A DNA stretch of 43,889 nucleotides, from the NCBI RefSeq assembly GCF_006345805.1, contig NW_021834873.1, forward strand, positions 1 to 43,889, written 5' to 3'. Source of the stretch: Octopus sinensis. Taxonomy: Eukaryota. The position numbers and the translations under genes are program-made. Under the pieces are notes generated by a model. The model was not told the origin of the DNA and searched no databases. It saw only the letters and a list, made by a program, of their open reading frames with translations. This document shows, in pieces, positions 13,711-25,877 of the stretch (positions are counted from its first letter, which is position 1; each line of letters opens with the position of its first letter).

Positions 13711-14038
13711 TGGAGAAGCGTAGCCCAGTGGTCAGGCTGTTATACTCATGATCGCCAGATCGTGCGTTCGATTACCTGACTGGGTGGCGACTCGTGTTCT
13801 TGAGCAAAACACTTCATTTCACATTAAACCAAACCTCACAAACACACACACACGAACACACAAACACACGCACACACAACACACACACACTTTGGTCAGG
13901 GACGAATATTGGCCTGCTCACCTAGCCACCGGGGTGGCGTCATTTGAAGGCTAAAACTACGTAAAATGCGCATTGTGGCCGGCGATGTGTAACAATGCAT
14001 GATAGCCTGGTCGGTCACGTGGTCACGTAGTCACGTGA
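13711..14038 (+). mobile_element. Full-length tRNA-derived SINE family C with target-site duplication
   Basis: A-box TAGCCCAGTGG, B-box GTTCGATTACC, CORE-like GTGTTCTTGAGCAAAACAC and a 3' tandem (GTCACGT) tail. A 10-bp TSD, CACAAAAACA, lies at 13700-13709 and 14039-14048. Reverse-strand relatives at ~15400-15545, 21590-21697 and 43495-43733. Confidence 0.88.
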
Positions 14039-14179
14039 CACAAAAACATGACGGATCGGCAATTAGAATTCTGCGTTCAGGAGCTTGATGTTTGTGAAGC
14101 CAGCTTCAAGGAAACTCTTTGGTGACGACTGCGGGGGTCTTTAACACTTATTCTCAATGGCAATAACAGAATCAACCAA

Positions 14180-14288
14180 TCATCGTCTTCGTCGCCATCA
14201 TTATCACCTTCATCGTCATCATCATGAACATCATCATCATCATCATCACCATAACCATCATCATCATCATCGACATCATCATCACCAC

Positions 14289-14322
<34 letters not shown>

Positions 14323-14446
14323 GACATCATCATCATCACCATCAATATCATCACCATCATCATCATCATCATCATCAATATCATCATCATCATCATCATC
14401 ATCAATATCATCATCATCATCACCACCACCTTCATTATCATCACCA

Positions 14447-14482
<36 letters not shown>

Positions 14483-14569
14483 CCATCATCATCATTATCA
14501 TCATCATCATCCATCATCATCACCACCACCACAACCACCACCCCCATCATCATCATCACCATCATAATT

Positions 14570-14609
<40 letters not shown>

Positions 14610-14770
14610 ACAGCCGCAACAGCAGTAACAGCAGCCGCAGTATATCGTCATAATAGTTACCGTTGTCCTCACCATCATCATCATCATTATTCTCATCACC
14701 ACCATTGCTATCACAACTATTCTCCTCCTCCCCCTCCTCCTCCTCATCATCATCATCATCGTCATCTGCA
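14180..14770. repeat. (CAT)n/(CAC)n compound microsatellite
   Basis: About 600 bp. It is the source of the poly-H/D/M/I ORFs in the track. Confidence 0.97.
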
Positions 14771-15140
14771 ATCGTCATCTCTTGTAGTGTTCCGGCTCTT
14801 CTGAACTCTCTTGAGATTATGAATCACATCACCGGTTTCTTATCTTTTTTGACATCGCAGACACTCTGAGATGTTTCCCTCCACTCTTTCGAACTACCGT
14901 GTGGCCAATATGTAGAGAAGAGAAGGTGGGAGGAGTGAGAGGAGTGAGAGAGAGGGAGAGAAAGAGAGAGATGGTGAGATGGAGAGAGAGAGAGGTGGAG
15001 AGGGAGGAAGGGAGAGCGAGGAGAGGGACGGAGAAGGAGCGGGAGAGAAGAGGAAAGAGACGGAGGAGGAAAAGGATGGAGATGGGGAGCGAGAGAGAGA
15101 CGGAGAGAATGGAGAAAGAGAGATGAGGAACAAGGAAAAA

Positions 15141-15172
<32 letters not shown>

Positions 15173-15668
15173 AAACAAACAAACGAACAAAGATGCCACT
15201 AGAACGCTACTTTATTTATCGACTCATTTTGGATGAAAAGTTGTGCGTCGGAATAAATAGTACAAGACAACGGAATTTGCCAAAACCCTGCTTCCGATAG
15301 AAATTTTATTCAGTCTCGAAACTTCAGAGGAGTTTATCGGAGATTCCTAAGCGTCTTTAAGATGATTAAGATTATAAAACTCCCATCCTGAATGCGTTGC
15401 CAGTCCGTTAGATGCCTGTCATAGGTATTCATTTTCAGCATAATGGAATGGTGCAATGTGAAGTGGAATGACTTGTTCAAGAAAACAATGCGTTATACGG
15501 CTGAAGAATCGAAACACGAGCAACATCATGATCGTATGCACCTTCCTTCATTGAAAGTACCATAAAAGTGCTAAAATCAAGTTAAATCTCCCTCAAATCG
15601 CAAAAATCTCTTAGAGAAGAAGATACCATATAATGAGATCAAAATGGCGATATCTGTATTCGGATTAT

Positions 15669-16310
15669 GGCGGTGAGCTGGCAGAATCGTTATGACGCAG
15701 GGCAAAATGCTTAGATGCATTTCGCCTGATTTTAGGTTCTGATTTCAGAGTCTACCGAGGACGACTTTGCATTTCATTCTTTCGGGGTCGACAAATTAAG
15801 TACCAGTTGCGTTCTGGAGTCGATCTAACCGACTGGACCCCTTCCACAAAGATTTCGGGCCTTGTGCTTAGAGTAGAAAAGAATTGTGAGCACGCCAGGC
15901 AAAATATTTCGGGGCTTTTCGCCCGTCTTTATGTTCAGGGTTCACATTTCGCCGTGGGAAGAGGAAGCTGATTAAATCAACCTCAGTACTTAACGAGTAC
16001 ATATTTTGTCAGCCCTCGATAGGCCGCATATAAAATTCGATCACGGCTGGATTTGAACTCAGGACCTGGAAAGCAAAAATAAATTTCACAAACTATTTTT
16101 GTCCGACGCAGCAACGATTCTACTATCACAAGGCAGGCATTCTTAAAGAGGAGCAGGGAGATGATTTCATCAACACCAGTTCCCAACAGATTACTGATTT
16201 CATCAACCTCTGAAAGAGCGAATGGAAATGTCGATCCCGATGGGGTCTGAACACAGCACGTGAAGAGCCATAAAACAAATACCGCTGAGCTGTAACCATT
16301 CTACCAGCTG
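15669..16310. mobile_element. Cluster of SINE family A copies (+ dimer 15669-15955; - copies ~15965-16125 and ~16150-16310)
   Basis: GGCGGTGAGCTGGCAGAATCGTT head, family A core, and reverse GGATTTGAACTCAG. Confidence 0.85.
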
Positions 16311-16824
16311 TCAACCAACAATGGCAGCTACAACAACAACAACAACAACAACAACAACTAGCATTCATGTAACCTAGTAATGCACTTCACGTCTTGATAT
16401 CCGGATCTCTTGAGTATAAGCTCCTTACTTTTTGAGTAAGCAAGCCAGAATTTGGTCCTTAATTTTTTTCTAGCTTAAAGTATTACTATTAAGTTTGTTC
16501 TAAATTCCTGTATCTTAAATCATCTAAGTGCTCTTCACTGTATTTATTTATATGTTATTCAATGTTTGTTAATTGTTTTCTTCAACAATCTATTCTACAG
16601 CTATTCCTTAAATCTGTCAAAAATGTCAGTGTATCTATTCTGACTGACACTTCTATTCCTACGATTATAACATTTCTATACGTTTCCCTGACAACCTAAA
16701 GTCTCATTTTGTCGTTTAATTCAATATATTTGTCTCTTACAGAATCAACAGTGATTATTTTCTCCTCTGTCTACCTTCATTATCCCAAAGCAACGCACGA
16801 TTCCCATAGCACAAACAACAGAGA

Positions 16825-17450
16825 TGCTACGTAGTCAATAATTTGCTTAAAATAGCAACCAAATTTACCCTCAAATTATATCCGTCTATCTTTAACCATT
16901 TGGTATTTACACCGGCCATATTAGACCCAGATATGCTTCCTGCTTTAAGCTCAAACTAGCCAGATGCAGCCTCTCACACTTAAGCTACAATGTCATTCGC
17001 GAAATATACAACCACATCGACATTTTGAAGCTATAAAATAATGTGAATAAATAAACATTACCATTTCACAGAGGAATCTGAATTCTAAAGGATTAAAACA
17101 GTAAGGGATACATTTGATTATGTAGTCCTAGATACCCTGTATCAGAATAAAAGGAAAGAGTTAGGTGAAGGCAGGAATATTTCTGGAGATAAACATCCTA
17201 CTCTTTAATGCAGCTTTCCAATATTTTCTTCGATCAATCAACTACCAACAAACAAGGGATCAAAGAAGAAACTGCTATGTGGATGCTTGACCTGCTAAAA
17301 ATAGCTTCCAAATTCTCTCAACTCTTATTTTATTGACTCATAAAAGAAAAGGGATTAACATTCAGACCAATGCAGTTTTTCTAAGCCCTGTAAAAGAACT
17401 CGGACGATTGGGTCTCCTGACCAGGCCTTTCGCGATATCCTTAAAGCCAG
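16825..17450 (+). repeat. Two copies of an unclassified interspersed repeat (the first is interrupted by a MITE)
   Basis: Motif TGCT.AAAATAGC..CCAAAT...CTCAA at ~16845 and ~17293. Related degenerate copies at ~15570, ~21790(-), ~30330(-) and ~40130(-). Confidence 0.6.
16896..17092. mobile_element. piggyBac-type MITE
   Basis: TTAA at 16892-16895 and 17093-17096 flanks degenerate TIRs CCATTTGGTATT / AATTCTAAAGGA. The host repeat resumes on both sides. Confidence 0.7.
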
Positions 17451-17611
17451 GAACTTTTCAGAATACCTTCCATGTGTATAAACATGCGTGTTGGTCCAAG
17501 CTGGAACGTCACCTGTCTTAAATATGCTGAACAAGTGCTAGCCTATTGCTACATAACTGCAATAATGCCATTTAGTGTAATTATATATAACGTAAAGTAT
17601 ACTAGCTATCA

Positions 17612-17858
17612 ATATGGCTAACCACTAAGGGTGGGTGTTACTGTAGCTTTTAGCCCCAGGAGATCATCGTCTCCAGCTGGCTTTAGGCACACTATCTGTG
17701 CTCTTATGGTATTTGCAAAGGGAGGTCATCCCTCTCTCGTAAGCCTAAGTGATACGCACGGACTGCAGTTTCGAGGTGTTTGCCTCTTGTCAACGCACGG
17801 TAATCACTGGTTTACGATGAAAACGAAGGCCTTTTGCAAATACTTATGGGTTTTTCTA
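17612..17858 (-). mobile_element. Non-autonomous Penelope-like/retrozyme-type element carrying a hammerhead ribozyme
   Basis: A ~250-bp GC-richer, highly structured island abutting (TA)n. It contains the hammerhead listed below within nested inverted repeats (17709-17722/17830-17843 and 17737-17745/17809-17817). Confidence 0.7.
17748..17808 (-). ncRNA. Type I hammerhead ribozyme (minimal stem III, U3-A8 core variant)
   Basis: Minus RNA: AGUGAUUACC-GUGCG-UUGACAA-GAGG-CAAACA-CCUC-GAAA-C-UGCA-GUC^-CGUGC-GUAUCACU. Stem I is GUGCG/CGUGC plus AGUGAU/AUCACU. Stem II is GAGG/CCUC. Stem III is palindromic ACUGCAGU. The predicted GUC cleavage site lies between plus-strand 17761 and 17760. Confidence 0.8.
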
Positions 17859-18204
17859 GTATATATATATATATATATTTTCACATAATATAAATCTGTT
17901 GAGGCTGCCATTTTGAGTCCACTACGAAGACAGTTCTACAAAAGAAACTCTGTGGTCAGCTCACCTCCTAAAAATAGGAAGTAAACAGCTTTTAAATCAT
18001 TACCACGTCATGCCGTCTTTAAACAAACCACGAAAGGTCAATTCGAAGAGAAGGCAGCGAGGTAGCCTCTAAGGTGTCATTGATGAAAGGTCTGCCGATA
18101 AATGCTAACGTATATATATATATGTATATATATATGTACATATATATATATATAATTGCTAACATATATATATATATATATATATACGTACGTACATGCA
18201 CACA

Positions 18205-18335
18205 TATACGACGGGCTTCAGTCTACCAAATCCACTCACAAGGCTTTCGTCGGCACGAGGCTGTAGTAGAAGACGCCTACCCAAGGTGCCACGCGGTAGG
18301 ACTGAACCTGGAACCTTATGGTTGGAAAATGATCT
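18205..18335 (-). mobile_element. SINE family B 5' part
   Basis: ACGACGGGCTTCAGTCTACCAAATCCACTCACAAGGC...CCCAAGGTGCCACGCGGTAGGACTGAACC. Confidence 0.9.
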
Positions 18336-19139
18336 ACTTGCCAAAAAGCGTTTTCTTACCACATCCCCACCGGGATGGTCAGCGTTGGGAGACATTTGAT
18401 CCTTTATCTTGGCGATCAGGGATCTGATCTTAGCATCTCTTGGTGTCTACGTATCAGTCCTATCACTAACAAGAATAAAAGGAAGATGAGCAACAAAAAA
18501 AACAACAACAGTAGCAGCAACAACAACTACAAAAACAACAACATTTTTGTCCTTCTCTACCGTTAACTCCGGCAAATATTATCTCCGTAACTGCCTCTTC
18601 AAAGATTAAATTAATCATAAAACTCACCAACATCTCACCCACCTCTCCACTCTAATTAAAAAATCTTCCATTCCCTTCCGTGCCCACCTCTTAACAATTC
18701 GCCTTCACAAAATTCTCCTTTCTTCAAATAATACAACTGAAGAATCAAATAAGAGACTCTTATACGGCAATCGTTGATTCTCTTTTTTTTCGAAAATACT
18801 CAATATTTTCCACATTTTCCACGATTTATATTCTTCAGCAGCCATTGTGAAGTGGCATTCACAGCCGGAAATTAAAGATAACTTTTGGTTTGTATTCTTG
18901 AATAGGAATGAAAAACAAAAAAAAAAAACAGAAAAGAATGTCTGACCATTTCTTGATGTGTTCTGGATGAGGAATCGAATATAAAACTGTAATTACATTC
19001 AACTTGAAGTTCCTCCTTGGCAGAGGATTCTAATATTGTGGGTGGTTGAGATGGTGGGGCAGGAGGAGGGGGTTATCAAATACACTCAATCACACGAAAA
19101 CACACAAACAGATACACAAACAATCACACACGTGTGTAT

Positions 19140-19162
19140 GCCCCAATATACATATATCTATG

Positions 19163-19193
<31 letters not shown>

Positions 19194-19223
19194 ACATATA
19201 TATATATATATTTATGTACATAC

Positions 19224-19263
<40 letters not shown>

Positions 19264-19635
19264 ATATATATATATATATATTTATGTACATACATATATA
19301 TATGTGTGTGTGTGTGTGTGTGTACATATATATATATATATTTATGTACATACATATATATATGTGTGTGTATATATATCACATATATATATTTATTTAT
19401 ATATATATATACATATATACCTATATATTTACACACATATATATATGTGTGTGTGTGTATGTGTGAGTGTGTGTGTACATATATATATATATATATATTA
19501 TGTACATACATATATATATGTGTGTGTGTGTGTACATATATATATATATACATATATACCTATATATTTACACATATATATATATATATACATATATACC
19601 TATATATTTACACATATATATATATATATATACAT
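19140..19635. repeat. Higher-order minisatellite built from (TG)n-TACA-(TA)n-TTTATGTACATACA units
   Basis: The marker TTATGTACATACATATATA recurs at ~19212, 19282, 19342 and 19498. Confidence 0.85.
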
Positions 19636-20487
19636 AGGAGTATGAATGTGCATGTGAGCGGGGGTATACGCACATATATGTGCGTGTGTGTATGTGTGTG
19701 TACCGATACATGGAAATAATACTGCTCTTCATGTAAATGCATGTGTATATCTATTTATATACATATTTATGTATATATGTTTGCACGTATGTATACATGC
19801 ATGTATGTATATATGTATGTATGCATGTATATACCGGCATATTTAGTCACTTGAATATTGCATGTTTTCCGGGTAATTCTGAAGTCGTTTAGTATGAAAC
19901 TTTAGTTTTTCGTCATACTTTTCTTTTCGCCTCAATTTAATACTACCGGTGTTCTTTCTTATAAATAGCTTTTGGAATAAACAGCCATACATTCATACAC
20001 GTACAGGCATACACGTATACACGCGCTTGTGTGTGTGTGTGTGTGTGTGTGTGCATTTGCATGCTTGAGAAAGATTGTTAGTTGATGAGCAAATATTGAT
20101 TGCCCCGGAATGGTAGAATATAATTGTTATCCTCTTCCCATTTTCTCGACACATCTGGCTCAAATACCAGAGGGGAAATTGTGTGTATGGGACTCTGAAC
20201 GGCATGGCGGTTGAGAATTTTTCCTTGAATGTATGACCTACGAAGATCGACGGAAGAAATGGGGCCTCAGCTTTCAATGAATGATGAGGAGAGGTGAACG
20301 ATGACTACGTCGATGTAGGATGTACGATGTGAGAGAGTGAAGGAGGGCATGGCGAGCCGAAGCTTTCATTGAAACATTCATGTAATCTCAAATGATCTCG
20401 ATTCCTAGCGGCATTTATGCCTCTCCCTCACCCTTTCTCTGCATCTATACACACACTTATATACATACATACATACATACATACATA

Positions 20488-20890
20488 GACGCAGGAGTGG
20501 CTGTGTGGTAAGTAGCTTGTTTACCAACCACATGGTTCTGGGTTCAGTCCCACTGCGTGGCACCTTGGGCAAGTGTCTTCTACTATATCCTCGGGCCGAC
20601 CAAAGCCTTGTGAGTGGATTTGGTAGACGGAAACTGAAAGAAGCCCGTTGTATATATGAATATATTTATGTATGTGCGTGTATGTTTGTGTGTCTGTGTT
20701 TGTCCCACTAGCATTACTTGACAGCCGATGCTGGTGTGTTTATGTCCCCGTCACTTAGCGGTTCGGTAAAAGATACCGATAGAATAAGTACTGGGCTTAC
20801 AAAGAATAAGTCCCGGGGTCGAGTTGCTCGATTAAAGGCGGTGCTCCAGCATGGCCGCAGTCAAAATGACTGAAACAAGTAAAAAGAGAA
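20488..20890 (+). mobile_element. Full-length tRNA-derived SINE family B (CORE-like domain)
   Basis: A-box TGGCTGTGTGG, B-box GGTTCAGTCCC, CORE-like CCTTGGGCAAGTG, an internal microsatellite, and the tail GGCGGTGCTCCAGCATGGCCGCAGTCAAAATGACTGAAACAAG. Confidence 0.93.
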
Positions 20891-20989
20891 AAAGAAAAGA
20901 TATATATATATATATAAAATGTGTATGTGTGCGTACATAGATAGATTGATAGATAGATAGTTAGAAATATAGATAGATATTCTTATATG

Positions 20990-21165
20990 TAGACAATTCA
21001 AATAAACAAATAGAATTAACGGACAACAAAAGGACGTGCACAAGGAAAGTACTAGTTTGATGCTCGGTAAAAAGAGAGAGTTTGATGTTTCGAGCATTGC
21101 TCTTCGTCGGAATGGATAAGGAAAAATAGAAAGGAAAAGAAACCGCCAACAGTGTGTAGTTACAT
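20990..21165 (-). mobile_element. Penelope-type repeat with degenerate hammerhead motif
   Basis: Minus strand 21110-21084 reads CCGACGA-A-GAGC-AAT-GCTC-GAAA-CATC. Homologous to 32822-33020. Confidence 0.65.
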
Positions 21166-21214
21166 ATGTGAGTGTGTGTGTGTGTGTGTGCGTGTGTGTG
21201 TCTGTTGTGTGTGT

Positions 21215-21257
<43 letters not shown>

Positions 21258-21261
21258 GCAT

Positions 21262-21480
21262 CATTTTTTCTTTTAGTTGTTTCAGTCAGTAGACTGCAGT
21301 CAAGCTGGAGCACAGCCTTGAAGAATTTTTAGTGGAATGAGTCAAACCTCGTAACTATAGTCTTTTGAAATCCTTGTACTTTTGCTGTTGCGGAGACGTT
21401 AAATTACGGCGACGTAAACACACCAATGCCGGTTGTTAAGTGATAGTGTGGGAGAGACACAGACACAAGGATAGACACCA
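21262..21480 (-). mobile_element. SINE family B 3' part
   Basis: GTTTCAGTCAG..ACTGCAGTCAAGCTGGAGCAC...GACGTAAACACACCA. Confidence 0.85.
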
Positions 21481-21490
21481 CATAAGCATG

Positions 21491-21521
<31 letters not shown>

Positions 21522-22019
21522 GTGTGTGTGTGTACAGTATACATGTATATCGATAGATAAATACATAGATATTTACATACATACATGAAAAAGAATGCTT
21601 TGCACAAGAACACAACACACTGCTGAATCCGTGAAACGAACCCACGTCTTAGCGATTGTGAGTGCAACATCTTTACAATTAGGCCACGCACCTTCATATG
21701 TTTTAAGCATCAGAATATGTAGCGCTAAAACAACATCTTGCACTATATTCTACGATATACTGTGTTCCTCTTTACTGGCTGTTACAATGTGATTTTGAGG
21801 AAAATTTAGCTACTGTCTCTATAAGCTTGAATGGTTTGTCAAGGAATTAACTAATCGATAAAAGTGGCGCATATTACAGTGGATACTCAGACAAATTGAT
21901 CATTTCTGATATACATGCCAAACAAAACTCCTTGAAAAAATCATTTACTATAAAATACAAACTAATTTATCTAAACATCGAGACGAGAGATACAATGTTA
22001 TATATTTTCATAACATGTT

Positions 22020-22170
22020 CACATAAAGTTGTGTGGAAAATATATTAACTACGTCTTGTGCAAATATCCAGTGATATATTTAAGAGATGCGCTGCTAAAT
22101 AAATTCATTATTGGAGTGGCAGCCGACATTTTTTATTAGTAAAATAATTTCATGTCATACACAAATAAAA
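22020..22170. repeat. Interspersed repeat, homologous to 26205-26360
   Basis: Shared CATAAAGTTG.GTG...GTGATATATTTAAGAGATG.GCTGC.AAATAAATTCATTATTGGA...AAATAATTTC.TG.CATAC. Confidence 0.85.
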
Positions 22171-22266
22171 AGCTCAGATTAATTTTCTGACAATTTCTTT
22201 AGAAATAATACCAGATGTACACATATATATATATATGTATTTGTGTGTGTGTGTGTGTGAGTGTGT

Positions 22267-22313
<47 letters not shown>

Positions 22314-23026
22314 AGTGCATGGAATGTGTATGTGTGCGCATACCGTTGTAAACCTGCATATATTAATATTTCTCTGGTTGTATTCATAAACACTGCGGCA
22401 GAGGCTAAAAGAAATGCGAAACAATTTACACAAGCAATATTCACTAATTCTCTCTTTCTCACTCTCTCTTCTCTCTCTCTCTCTCTCTCTTTCTCTCTTT
22501 CATTTCATCTTTATCTTCCTCTCTCTCTCTCTCTTTCTCTCGATCTATCTATTTGTCTATCTGTCCGTCAATGAGCAAATACCTTTGAACCTTTGTACAA
22601 GGTCTGTCAACTTTCGTCTCTACCCACTCTCTTTTACTGAATTTTCTCTCCTGTCTTTCTTCGTGTCCGTCACTCTTTATCACTCTACGTCTCTCCTAGC
22701 CATTTCTGTCTCCCTCATGTGTGTGTGTATGTACATTTATATACATATACATGTCTGAGTGTGCATGAGTGTGTATTTTCATTATTGCCTTTGTATTATT
22801 TATCCCCCACCCCTATGTGTGTGTATGTATATGTAAATGTATGTATGTGTGCGTGTATATTTATGTCTGGCTGTCATTTCTCTTTCATTCATGTGTGTAT
22901 ATATATACACACATGTATATATGTACCTGTATATATATATATATATATACATATATACATATATCATATATGTACCTCTCTCTCCCTCCTCTCTATATAT
23001 ATATACACATATATTACATATATATC

Positions 23027-23073
<47 letters not shown>

Positions 23074-23825
23074 TATAATACACACATATACATATATATA
23101 TATTCATATATATATATATATGACTGTATGTATGTATATATGTATAGTATATATATTTCCATACATTTATATATGAGTGTGTGTGTGTGTGCGTGTGTGT
23201 GTGTGTGCGTGTGTGTGTGCATGTATATATACGTTCACTTGTGGTTATATGTTGCTCTTTGTTGTTTTTCCCTGACTCCAGAATTAAATTAAAAATACCA
23301 GCGGAAGCCAGAAAACCAATTGTGATGCAATGTTTTATGGTATTGCTTTTCCTTCGTAATGAATATAGAAAACATTACTGGATATATTATTGTACAACAA
23401 CAACAACAATAACAATGACAACAACAAGAAGAAGAATGACAGTAATAATATCAGTGACACAGAAAACAATAATGTATTGCCGAATGATTTCTTTATTGTG
23501 TATATGGGTGCTATTGTTTTTTTTTTCTACGTGACCTTTAGTTAGTTTATGGGTGTATATCTGCTACCAGTTTAGCTCTAATATATCCGTATGTATTTTT
23601 TTTTGTATGAAGCATGTGTGTGTGTGTGAGTGTGTGTGTGTGTGTGTGTGTATGTGTGTGAGTGTGTGTGTATGAGGACTATCAAGTTACGAAGTTACAG
23701 ATATGGAAACTTAAATTATTGATGAAGACAAATTAGAACTGTTATGGATATAGAGTTGACGAGTACTTTAAATTTGTATTTTGCACAGTGTACAAATATT
23801 TCGATAAACTGCAAAAAAACCACAA

Positions 23826-23888
<63 letters not shown>

Positions 23889-24034
23889 CGTACATACGTG
23901 TGTGCGTGTATATACAAAATATATATATATATATAAGCGTTCAGAATAATTTTTCCATCGTCTTGGCTTCACAACCCTCATCGTTTGTTTTTACTGTTTT
24001 GTTCTCACTGTCCTGTTCTTGTTAACACTTTTAA

Positions 24035-24220
24035 CCTCCGCAAAAAATCCGAAATTTTATTTAATTTGCTTTGCGGGAAGGACCGTTTCAACGAAGTCGC
24101 GTCTTGTGCTTACCTTCAAACGCGGGGTAGATGAAACAGGGACAACTGAAGAAGGGAAATATTCTTTATGTTGTATGTCTCGTTTCTCATTGTCTTTAAC
24201 GTCTTTTTTACGTCCTGTAT
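24035..24220. repeat. Probable Penelope-associated short interspersed repeat
   Basis: GC-richer island (GCGGGAAGGACCGTTTCAAC...CTGAAGAAGGGAAATATTC) abutting (TA)n. Family assignment is from memory only. Confidence 0.4.
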
Positions 24221-24269
24221 GCATATATGCATGTATATATATACATATATATGTAGGTATGTATATGCA

Positions 24270-24331
<62 letters not shown>

Positions 24332-24504
24332 ATGTATGTATATAGTATATATATATATATACATATATTATATATATATATATATATAATATATATATAT
24401 ATATATTAAGAGTCAAAAGGAAGAGTAAGTACGGTTAGGCAGCATTTTAATCACTACAAATGTTTCGATACATACAGATCCTCGTGTATACAGGATTTAA
24501 AGTC

Positions 24505-24556
<52 letters not shown>

Positions 24557-24699
24557 TGTGGTGCATGTGTGCGTGTGTGTGCGTGCGTGCGTCCGTGTAT
24601 TTATCTATCTGAAAATAAATTTATGTTTTGATGTTTGTGTTAGAATATTCTTTTCTGTGTGGTGAAGCACCTGAAAATTATATTTCAATAAGAGAAAGA

Positions 24700-24900
24700 A
24701 GACTGGTGGTGAACACGCCGGACAAAATGTTTAATGGTATTTCGTCCGTCTTTACGCTCTTAGTTCAAATTCCACCGAGGTCAACTCTGCCTTATATCCT
24801 TTTCGAGGAACAAAATGAGTACCAGTTCAGCAGCGGGGTCGATAACAATCCACATGCCACGCACCCGAAATAGCTGAGTTTGTGTCAAGACATGAAACAG
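24700..24900 (+). mobile_element. SINE family A, degraded
   Basis: CACGCCGGACAAAATG..GGTATTTCGTCCGTCTTTACG..AGTTCAAATTCCACCGAGGTCAAC. Confidence 0.85.
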
Positions 24901-25090
24901 ATCAGAAAGAAGAAAAATGGCGGAAACCGTCAACTGTTTGCAATACTTCGAAAATTATGAAGTATAAAGCTGGATGAAACCGGGATCTTATCCGGTTCTT
25001 GTATCAGAGTCCTATCCACGAAATCACATCAGAGTACAGTTGGAAAAATGTGCAAACGATAAGATATAATCGTCTGCCTACCAAATAAAT

Positions 25091-25877
25091 ACCTATTTCT
25101 TTGCTACCCACAAGGGGCTAAACACAGAGGGGACAAACAAGGACAGACAAACGGATTAAGTCGATTATATCGACTCCAGTGCGTAACTGGTACTAGATTT
25201 ATCGATTCCGAAAGGATGAAAGGCAAAGTCGACCTCAGCGGAATTTGAACTCAGAACGTAGCGGCAGACAAAATACTTATTTCTTTACTACCCACAAGGG
25301 GTTAAACACAGAGAGGACAAGCTAGGACAGACAAATGGATTAAGTCGATTATATCGACCCCAGTGCGTAACTGGTACTTAATTTATCGACTCCAAAAGGA
25401 TGAAAGACGAAGTCGACCTCGGCGGAATTTGAACTCAGAAAGTAGCGGCAGACGAAATACCTATTTCTTTACTACCCACTAGGAAATAAACACAGAGAGG
25501 ACAAGCAAGGATAGACAAACGGATTAAGTCGATTACATCGACGCCAGTGAATTACTGGTGCTTAATTTATCGATCCCGAAAGGATGAAAGACAAAGTCGA
25601 TCTCGGCGGAATTTGAACTCAGAACGTAGCGGCAGACGAAATACCTATTTCTTTACTACCCACAAAGGGCTAAACACAGAAGGAACAAACAGAAACAGAC
25701 AAACAGATTAAGTCGATTATATCGACCCCCGTGCGTAACTGGTACTTAATATATCGACCCCGAAAGGATGAAAGGCAAAGTCGACCTCGGCGGAATTTGA
25801 ACTCACAACGTAACGACAGACGAAATACGGCTACGCATTTCGTCCACTGTGCTAACGATTCTGCCAGCTCACCGCCT
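25091..25877 (-). mobile_element. SINE family A concatemer: one head + 4 x 184-bp body, flanked by a 12-bp TSD
   Basis: The unit marker AAATAC recurs at 25087, 25271, 25455, 25639 and 25823 (exact 184-bp period). The head ends at 25876. TSD TACCAAATAAAT at 25079-25090 and 25878-25889. Confidence 0.95.

Noticed and set aside
14077-14778. 233-aa acidic ORF / His-rich ORF
   Set aside because: Entirely (CAT)n-derived and open in several frames on both strands.
16400-16785. Possible Penelope RT N-terminal relic on the minus strand (MKVDRG...RDKYIE, DKG-like)
   Set aside because: Requires frameshifts and the downstream motifs are not recoverable; too weak to call.
18623-19058. 12/13-nt complementarity between 18631-18643 and 19041-19053
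   Set aside because: Short and low-complexity, so plausible by chance.
25087-25823. CRISPR-like regular array
   Set aside because: The whole 184-bp units are homologous (no unique spacers), the context is eukaryotic, and the units are SINE bodies.
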